The translations under genes and the position numbers were made by a program. The notes under the pieces are model-generated. The model was not told the origin of the DNA. It ran no database searches and saw only the letters and a program-made list of their open reading frames with translations. From the NCBI GenBank assembly GCA_964016885.1, contig OZ024741.1:302498001-302562000 (forward strand): DNA of 64,000 bases. The letters are read 5' to 3'. This DNA comes from Eledone cirrhosa (taxonomy: Eukaryota). The first letter of the stretch is position 1. The number at the start of each line of letters is the position of its first letter. Below, piece after piece: positions 55,174 to 64,000 of this stretch.

Positions 55174-55779
55174 AAATTGAGGTTGGTAATGGCACATGGA
55201 ATATATAAGAGACAGAATACTTTTTTGTGAAAAAACATATAATTTTATAAGGTAAGGAAATAATAAAGGGTATAAAAAATGACCGGTTTCGATGGGTCTG
55301 CAAAAGCCATCTTTTCAAATGTTGATTAATATTAAGAAAAATTAATAATACGAAGAGTTAAAATTTGAGATTTGAAAATTCAAGTATAAAATTCATTGTG
55401 GGATTTCATAGTAGTTTTCATCTAGGTAGCAACAACAAGTTGACTGCTGTGTCCCTTTCTGGTAGTGAATTACCAGATTCACTACCAGAAAGGGACACAG
55501 CAGTCAACTTGTTGCTACCTAGATGAAAACTACTATGAAATCCCACAATGAATTTTATACTTGAATTTTCAAATCTCAAATTTTAACTCTTCGTATTATT
55601 AATTTTTCTTAATATTAATCAACATTTGAAAAGATGGCTTTTGCAGACCCATCGAAACCGGTCATTTTTTATACCCTTTATTATTTCCTTACCTTATAAA
55701 ATTATATGTTTTTTCACAAAAAAAGTATTCTGTCTCTTATATATTCCATGTGCCATTACCAACCTCAATTTTCTCTATA
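55166..55779. repeat. Near-perfect long inverted repeat (305/303-bp arms, 6-nt spacer) between (TA)n tracts; Penelope-like terminal repeat
   Basis: Arms 55166-55470 and 55477-55779 are reverse complements, apart from one AAC unit and one base in a T-run seen by eye; spacer TACCAG. Confidence 0.95.
55621..55668 (+). ncRNA. Minimal type I hammerhead ribozyme motif, U3-A8 variant (mirror copy on the minus strand at about 55276-55323)
   Basis: UUGAAAA core (55626-55632), stem II GAUGG/CCAUC closed by G10.1-C11.1, GAAA, palindromic stem III ACCGGU, GUC cleavage triplet (55661-55663), weak stem I AACAU/AUUUU. Confidence 0.6.
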
Positions 55780-55807
55780 ACCTTCGTTTTGTGTAGAAAA
55801 TTACGCT

Positions 55808-55879
<72 letters not shown>

Positions 55880-56176
55880 GAGGGTAGATAATTTTTTGTT
55901 TATGTCTATCAAGAATGAATGCTTAAACTAGATAACTGCTTACTAGAGAATTTGACTCAACGGTATCCTTTGACTCGTAGAGCATAAATATCCAAGTGGG
56001 GTAATATGATATATAGGTCCAGAAGAGATCACGGAGTATAAGCAAGTATTGCACCAAGAAAAATATAGACTTCGGCATGAAAGGAGAGTAGGAATTTATT
56101 GGCTTTAACATATGTTTCTGTGTCTATTATAATAGTTTACATATGCTGACTATATTTTTTTTTGGTACAATACTTA

Positions 56177-57257
56177 TCTATATATATAAACCTGAGTTTG
56201 TCTGTGTGTGTGAATCCCTAAAACTCGAGAAGCATCTAATCGACTGTTTCAAACTTTACACATGTAATACTTATTTTTCAGGGAGTGTTCTGAGCAAAAA
56301 AAATTTCAAATTTTCAATGCCCTAGGGACCGCATTAGACGATTTAGCGAAGTGTACACAACTTTTGGGAAGTGCACACAACTTCTTCCTCACGTTTTAAA
56401 CCACAGTGTTGCTTACTTACGTACCACCAGACCCTTACTTCTTTGCCAGCCGTGGTTGTGGCAATACTAAGCTTAGCTAAGGCGGTTATATATTTCACAC
56501 AACACTAAAAATGAAAGCCGGTAACTATATATTAGTCAGTCTCTTCTTCATACCGTGAGCAAAGAAAATACAACTTTTAGTGGAGCGAGTGAAATAAAGT
56601 CGATCCTGTTGCGATTCAAAATTCAGGTTTGCAGGTTATATATTTCACACAACACTAAAAATTAAAGCCGGTAAAGAAAAACATCACTATAATAGCTTCA
56701 GTTTTCACAGTGTTGCTTACTTACATGCCTTTACGAGAACAAAAGTTAATCAGGGAGTATTATGCACATAAAAAATTCAACTTTTTGATCCCTTAGGGCC
56801 CTCATTAGGTGAAAAAGTACGTTTTTTCAGCGTTTTTTGAGGCGTTACGTCAGACCGATTTCCTTGAAATTGTAACTATATATTAGTCAGTCTCTTCTTC
56901 ATACCGTGAGCAAAGAAAATCCAACTTTTTTATGGCCTAGGGCCCGCATTAGGTGAAAAACTTCAGCTTTTTAGGGCTTTTTTGAGGCGTTACGTCTAGC
57001 TGATTTTCCCGAAATTTCAAGGCATATTATGCACATAAAAAAAATTCATTTTCTTGATCTCCTAGGGCCCGAATTAGGTGAAAACCTACATTTTTCCTGC
57101 TTCATCGAGCAAAATCTTAAAGATTATCCAGCCATCAAAGTATTCGGTTTATTTTCTTTACATATTGTCGAGGCATGCAGTTTTTCCACGATTAGGTCTG
57201 TTGGCGGCCCGCGTTCCAAAATACCTTATCCTGTGCAACGCCGGGTACCACTGCTAG
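56177..57257 (+). mobile_element. Non-autonomous Helitron
   Basis: A|TCTATATATATAAA 5' end; 3' hairpin CCTGTGCAACGCCGGG then CTAG|T; inserted at an A-T dinucleotide without TSD; internal repeats. Confidence 0.85.
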
Positions 57258-57366
57258 TTATATATATATATGTGTCATCCTACATACACACCATATGTCT
57301 GTACCATTGCTTACTTGTTTCTTGCACACTACAGCTGATTCCTCTTTATCCAGTTTTCCTCACATC

Positions 57367-57574
57367 TTAACCCTTTAGCATTCACATTACTCTATATGTA
57401 CTATTATATTTTCACAGTAAAGGCTTTACCTCGCATAATTATCTCACATAATATCGAATCTACGAGATTTTGAAAGTATTTACTTTGAGAACAATACTTT
57501 AACATCAGTATGAGTGGCCAGTTTCAACAGAAAGAGGTAGAGAATTCTGGCCGGTTTGAATATTAAAGGGTTAA
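57367..57574. mobile_element. piggyBac-type MITE nested in a minus-strand RTE remnant (about 57275-57835)
   Basis: TTAA|CCCTTTAGCATT ... AATATTAAAGGG|TTAA. Confidence 0.85.
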
Positions 57575-58403
57575 ATGTGTTCTGCCATTCATTTGTACTA
57601 AGTTTACACATTCATTAGAGCATGTTTACATCATTTCTTTCAAATCTTTGCAAATCCTTTGCATTCAAGGCCCACATCTAGCTACCTTGCAGCATTGCAA
57701 TTTATACACAAACCTCATACAATCTGTCCTTCACTCTGAGATAGAAGCGCTATGTTGCCAGCAGAGCTAACAATTCCCTGAATATTTTCCAACCTGTTCT
57801 TACCCTGTTTACTATGCTTTCACAACACTCATCTTCATTATAGATTAAATCATTTAATTAACCAAAGTGAACTACTATATCTAAAAATGAATTGTGTTAA
57901 ATCAAATGTTTATATTATATTTACTAGTGAACAGATAGATCATTGACAATTTGCAGTATTAAAGACCTTAATTTTTGATGTGATACAGTCAATGTGGTGT
58001 TTTGTACTTTTTAAAATTGTCTTACTAATGAGGCTTCATATGGTACAGGGCATTAAGAGTTAATAGTAAGAGAAAGGCAGTGAAGTATACGCATGTTAGA
58101 AGGTCAGTTTAAATAACTTGTATTTATTTTCCAAGTTGATTGCCTGCTATGGCCAACCATGTCATTTTTATATTGGTTCATAAAACAAGTATTGGTATTG
58201 TACTGGAATTAATGCAGTTACTTGTACCTGTTCAGTAAAAACTTTTGTGACTTTGTGCTAAAGATAGAAATTATCAGTTGGATTAGTACAATTGTTAGAA
58301 TATTGGATAAAATGCGTCACAGTATTTAGTTCCAGTTCTTAGTTCTGAGTATGAAATGTTTAATGGATATATTTTCTTGAAATACTTTTTCTTCTTTTCT
58401 TAG

Positions 58404-58436
58404 GTAGCAGCTTTCAAAGAAAAGTTGAAAACGGAT
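58404..58436 (+). CDS. Putative 33-nt phase 0-0 microexon VAAFKEKLKTD of the same gene
   Basis: Strong polypyrimidine tract (ctttttcttcttttcttag), donor GAT|GTAAGT, open and in frame with the upstream exon; the gene probably continues beyond the window. Confidence 0.55.
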
Positions 58437-59474
58437 GTAAGTTTTGTATTTCTATTAATCTTTCTCTTTACCCATGTACATTGACTGGAAAGTCAGCATA
58501 ACTCTGAACTGTAAAGTGGTTGATAATAGTAAAGGTATCCAGCTGTTGAAAAGCTGCCAAACAGGGTTGGGACTCTTCAGCTGTGTTACAGACATAACCT
58601 CCCTATTGTTAGCGTCATGATAAAATGCACTCGTAGAGTGCGGGAACGTATGAGATGCAGTCTCTTGACCCATCTGTGAGGTTTGTAGCTCCACTTGAAT
58701 ACTTTGGTCTGTGAAGACCTGTCCAATTCTTGCTAGCAAAGAAAATGGATGTTGAATGATGATGGTGATGCACCATCATTGTTGTACACATTTTTCTACT
58801 GCTTCATAATTGGATCCTTACTAGTATGAGTAGAGGTTCACTGTAAAGACAATTGGTTCAACACTATAAGAACCTAATAGTAGCCCCTATGCTAATGAAT
58901 ATTACATGAATTATGAAAGGACCATGAAGTAGAAGTTAAAGGTGATTTGCCAGTTAGAAAATGCATGTTAAGACTTTTAATATCAATGCAGCCAGTCTAT
59001 CTTGTAATGTGATGCAGTCATAGTGATGCTTTGTACCTTTGAAAACTCTTACAAATGAGGCTTCATGTGGTACATTGCATTAAGAATTAATAGTAAGAAA
59101 AAGGCAATGAAGTAGCAGGTATGTTAGAATGCAAGACTAAAAAACTTGTAATATTTGGTTATGTTTCAAGTTCATCTCCTGCTATGGCCAACTGTGTCTT
59201 CCTTCCTAGATTTGTCGCTAAAATTATCAGTATTGTACTGGAATTAATTCAGTTACCTATACCCTTTCACTAAAAAACTTGTGACTTTGTGCCCCCCCCC
59301 CCCAAGAAATCATCATCATCATCATCATCATCAGCAGCAGGAGTAGTATTAGTAATAATAGGTAGCCCATTGACAAAGTTGTTAGGATGTTGGATAGAAT
59401 GCTTTGTGGTATTCATTCTAGCTCACTAAGCTCTGAGTTCAAAACCTGCCTAGGTTAGCTTTGCATATTGTCCT

Positions 59475-60540
59475 TTAACCCTTTAGTGTTCAAACAGGCC
59501 GAAATTATTTCCCCTTCATTTGTTCAACCTGCCTGAAACTGGCCGATAACACCCACACTAAAATATTGTTCTAAAAATAAACAAACCATCATCAAAATCT
59601 CGTTGATTCAAGATTACTGCGAGATTAGGCCCTTACCACAAAAATTAACACTTAATATAGTGAAACAACTTAAAACAACACGTGTTTTTTTAACGTTGAA
59701 AGTAGAACAGATTTTTTGTGTATCAACATGGCTTGTGAAAGTAGCGATACCGACTTTGAAGGTTTTACACACGAAGACATTCAGAATGAACAAAAAACAA
59801 AAGATAATATTAGTGATTTATCTTCAAATGAATCAGATGTTTATATTTCTGAAATTTCATTGTTGTTTTGAAAGTGGAGATCTCCAGGACACCATTGAAA
59901 ATATTACAGCAACGTGGTTGAAAAATACCACACCAATATATGTTCCCGATTTTATTCAAAATACTGGTCCACAACATACATTAGCTCCCGATGCTAAAGC
60001 ACTGGATTATTTCTTTTTGTTTTTACCACAAACTTTCTTCGAAATTGTGGCAGAAGAGATTAATCGATATGCCCAACAACAGATTTCAAATCGAGGAAAA
60101 CCCGATCTGTTTGGCGACCGACATGCTGCGGAAATGCAAGTATTTTTTACCATAAATATTATGCTCGGTATAAAACAATTTCCAAGACTGGAATTACTAG
60201 AGCACTGATATAAGGTTTAGTGATCCTTATATATCAAGTATTATGCCGAAAACAACGTATTTAAAATTAAACCAGTATTTGCACCTGGTTGATACTTCAA
60301 ATGCCCCTATTAATTAATTTCACCTGCCCATAAAAGTAAAATTTAACCAAAAAAATCAGGTAAAATTATATAATTGTAAATTATTGATATTTAAACATCT
60401 GACAAAATTTCAAGCCTGCACATAAAAAATTAAAAAAATTACAAACAAATAAAATTAACCCTCTTGAGTATGATTAACTCAAAATAATGTGAACAGATAA
60501 GCATGACATTTGAAAATTAATGCGAATGCTAAAGGGTTAA
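59475..60540 (+). mobile_element. Internally deleted piggyBac transposon with transposase remnant
   Basis: TTAA|CCCTTTAG ... GCTAAAGGG|TTAA; the end of ORF 59603-60208 (ALDYFFLFLPQTFFEIVAEEINRYAQQ..EMQVFFTINIMLGI) resembles the piggyBac/PGBD N-terminal region; catalytic part missing. Confidence 0.85.
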
Positions 60541-60697
60541 AGGTCGCTAAAAAAAAATTGTTCAATATTGAGGTTTGTATCTTTTTCTCTCTCCATCCCT
60601 GTTTCTTTTTCTCAAGATGAAATTGGCTGTGTTCAGACCTGGAGAAGGATGGCCTCTACCAGGTTTAAAATGCCCAGAAGTTACAGGTTTATATATA

Positions 60698-61882
60698 TGA
60701 GGGGTGACTGAAAAGTTTTGAGCCTCACACAGAAAACAAATAGATATGCAAATGAAATTTTGTCTGTGAAATCTGCAACATATTCTGACAGTGACAGCCA
60801 GGTTTCATGGTCTAAACATTTTTAAATTTCTTTTCAGAGATTCTTAAGGTTGATGTACTCTGGCATTTTATGAAAAATAGAGAAACTCGAGTATCGAGTA
60901 GTGATCAAGTATCTGCAGTTTAAAAGCATGACCCCAGCTGAAATCTATAAAGACATGCAAGATACATTTGCGAAAGATGCTCCATCATATACCACAGTCA
61001 AATGCTGGGTAAATGAATTCAAGCATGGCAAGGAAGGTGAGGAAGATGACATGAGGTCAGAGAGGTCATCAACAGTGACCACCAGAGAACATTGACCTTG
61101 TCCTTGTCCTGGTGATGGAGGGTTGATGACTGTCATCTCGCAGATAGCAAGCCAATAATAATCTGATGAACGACCTTGGTTAGAGAAAGGTCTGCATGCT
61201 CGGTTTCACATCTTTTGAGTGAGGAGCAAAAGCGCACTCATCATACCATGTCTTCGAACAATTTGGAAATTTTGAAGCTGATCCGGAAGATTTTCTGGCA
61301 CAATTTGTAATCATGGACGAGACCTGGGTCCATCACTATCAACCTGAAACAAAAGAGTAGTATAAACAGTGGAAGTACCCATCTTTACCCACCCTAAAGA
61401 AGGCCAGGGTGATACCATCAACAGGAATGGCTACCATTTTCTGGGATGCACAAGGTGTGTGTTGTTGGTGGATTATCTCCACAAATGCCACACTCTCACC
61501 AGACAATATTACGCCAATCTGCTTAAACGTTGAAAGGGGTCTTGTCCCATCATGACAGTGCTCCTGCTCACACCTTGGTGGTGGTAATGGCAACAATCTG
61601 TTACTGTGGATTCCAACTTGTTGCTCATTTCCTATACACACCAGACCTCATACCCGACTTCCGCCTGTTCCCAAATATGAAAATGGATATGGCTGGACAA
61701 CACTATGCCACATCATCTGTGGAGGGCTAAACTAAGTAGTTCTACTTCAATAGGATCCACGTACTTCAGCACTGGTGGAAGAAGTGTGTAGATTCAAAGA
61801 GAGACAGTTGAACAATAAAACAAGAAAATATTTGTGTAAGCTACCGTTTCTTGGAAGCTCTAAACTTTTCAGCCGTCCCTCA
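60698..61882 (+). mobile_element. Near full-length decayed mariner element
   Basis: TA-flanked TIRs TGAGGGGTGACTGAAAAGTT / AACTTTTCAGCCGTCCCTCA; HTH (IKYLQFKSMTPAEIYKDM), MDETWVHHY, HHDSA and YTPDL motifs in broken frames. Confidence 0.88.
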
Positions 61883-61926
61883 TATAGTAGTTGTGTTAGT
61901 AAATGGATTGCAGTATTTTGTTTCCT

Positions 61927-63405
61927 ATCATCATCATCATCATTTTACGTCCGCTTTTCCGTGCTTGCAAGGGTGGGACGGGTCTTATTCAGCACAGCAT
62001 CTCTCCACCCATCACGGTCCTTCGTCATCTCTTCCGTGAGTTTCAGCGATCTGATGTCTGCTCTCACCACCTCCGCCCATGTCTTTCGTGGTCTACCTCT
62101 ACTGTATCTTCCCTCCACTACCATCGTTCATCCTCCATGCGTATCACATGTCCATACCATCTCAGCCTTCTCTCCTGCACACGACAACTTAACCCTCTTA
62201 TACACAGTTTCTTTCTCAACTCGTCTATGCTTGGTTGTTCATGCGCATTGACATTGCACATCCAACGGAGCATACTTGCTTCATTTCTCTCCAGCCGTCA
62301 CATATCTTCTGCAGTTGCTGCCCATGTCTCACTACCATGCAGCGTCGCGCATCCCACACAGGCATCATATAACCGGCCTTTCGTACGCAGAGAGAAACCC
62401 TTCTTTGTCAACAGAGGGAGCAGCTTCCTAAACTTCTTCCAACCTGTCCTTATTCTAGATACTATGGGCTCGGAACACCCCCCTCCCATGCTAATCTGAT
62501 CACCTAGGTACCAGAAGCTATCAACAACGTCTATAGAACCCACCTGCATTGGAAAAATGAGTCTATCACATCGATTACTACTGCCAACTTTCCCTGTGCA
62601 TCTACTGCATACGTAGTTTTCCCGACCTGTTAGTTTGCCTACTATCCCCTACATCTCTTGTGTACCCAAGATCTGCATACATTTTATGGAATTTATGCCA
62701 GTTCCTTTCCTACATATCGAACATGGCCATTTCCCTGATGGAATCAGAGTATTGTCCTATCTTCTACATATCAACGCCTTTGTTTTAGCTATGTTCACTC
62801 TCAGTCCTCTTGATTCCAACTGCTGTTTCCATAGCCAGAATTTATTCTCTAGCTCCTTTACTGATTCTGTTATAAGAACCAGATCATCAGCATAAAGAAG
62901 TTCCCATGGGCATCCAGTCTTAATCTCCTCCGTTATAGCTTGGAGGACTATAATGAACAAGAGTGGGCTGAGGACAGAAAATTGATGTACACCTACTTGT
63001 ATCTGGAATTCCTCACTAAACTCCATTCCTATTCTCACTTTACTGACAACACCCCTGTACATAGCTTGCACTGTCCTCACAAGCCATTCCTCTACCTCTA
63101 GTTTCCTTAGGGACCACCAGATGACAGATCGGGGTACCCTATCAAAGGCCTTCTCTAGGTCTACAAAAGCTAAGTATAGTGGCTTATTCTTCTCTAAGAA
63201 CCTCTCTTGTAGTTGCTTCACTATGAAGAGGGCATCTGTTGTACTTTTCCGAGGCACAAAATCAAACTACATCTCATCTAAATTGACCCTTTCTCTAATC
63301 AGTTGTGCTAATATTCTCTCTGCCACTTTCATAACCTGATCCATCAGCTTTATGCCCCTATAATTGCTCCTCTCTAGAGCATCCCCTTTATCTTTGTAAC
63401 AATTT
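61927..63405 (-). mobile_element. 5'-truncated RTE LINE with RT core
   Basis: RKSTTDALF, YLAFVDLEKAFDRV, LLYADDL, FWYLGD; (CAT)n tail at the left end. Confidence 0.95.
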
Positions 63406-63513
63406 CCTGGCATTTCTTCTCTTTGGCACACCACCTTGGATTCTTCTTAAACCTAGCTTCTCCCTCAGCTTATCCAAGCTCTGCCTTTCTCACACACTTG
63501 CATTGCACATCCA

Positions 63514-64000
63514 ATGAAGCAGAGGAGGTGTGCCGAGAGTATAATAGCTAGAATAAAGATAGAATGGAAGAAGTTTAGAGAGCTTCTCCCACTGTTGACA
63601 ACAACAGGATGGCTGTATGACCCTTATGTGCAAAGTGCAATGCTATATGGTAGTGAAACATGGGCTGTGATTGCAGAGGACGTGTGTTCAAATTTCATTG
63701 GGATTTACTTTTCTCTTCCATCCTAACAGTATTGAGAAAATAAATTCCAATTACAGAAACTGAATTTGGAATCAAAATGTCTGAGGGTAAACTTAGCCAA
63801 AACTAAAGTGTTAGTGAGTAGGAAAGAAGATAGGACCCAGATTCCTTCAGGGAAGTGGCCTTGCACAATATGTAGAAAAGGAGTAGGCATAAACTTCATA
63901 CAATGTACACAATGTAAATCTTGTAGTGGGATAATGAGTAGACTAATGGGAAGGGAGAACTTTGCATGTAGATGATGTACAGGAGTAATGGAGAGGAAGA
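63514..64000 (+). mobile_element. Two degenerate RTE fragments
   Basis: WKKFRELLPLL..GSETW; LRVNLAKTKV..SGKWPC. Confidence 0.8.

Noticed and set aside
59603-60208. 201-aa ORF as a domesticated PGBD gene
   Set aside because: Only the latter part is transposase-like, the catalytic region is deleted and the TIRs are still present; it is a defective transposon
60617-60690. Possible further exon of gene 2 (MKLAVFRPGEGWPLP)
   Set aside because: Uses a rare AAG acceptor and weak GTTTA donors; no recognisable homology

Overview
AT-rich, repeat-dense animal genomic DNA; the mix of RTE LINEs, tRNA-derived SINEs and (TA)n microsatellites resembles coleoid cephalopod (octopus-like) genomes, which is an inference. 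It holds one complete gene, a class I ADP-ribosylation factor (ARF1-like, + strand, coding exons 24504-24651, 24743-24853, 27739-27863 and 30052-30213, 181 aa), with a likely promoter near 14.3 kb and a roughly 1.8 kb 3'UTR. The 5' end of a second, unidentified + strand gene starts near 50.8 kb and is built from tiny exons. The rest is mostly decayed transposable elements: two Ty3/gypsy proviruses, a Chapaev3 DNA transposon, a piggyBac remnant with related MITEs, mariners, a Helitron, RTE/CR1/R4-like LINEs and SINEs. The most unusual item is a near-perfect 614-bp palindrome (55166-55779) between (TA)n tracts. Each arm carries a minimal type I hammerhead-ribozyme motif with a compensatory U3-A8 core, a Penelope-like retroelement signature. 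A second, smaller fold-back with hammerhead parts lies at 46761-46822. Nearly all ORFs in the supplied track are spurious or TE fragments.
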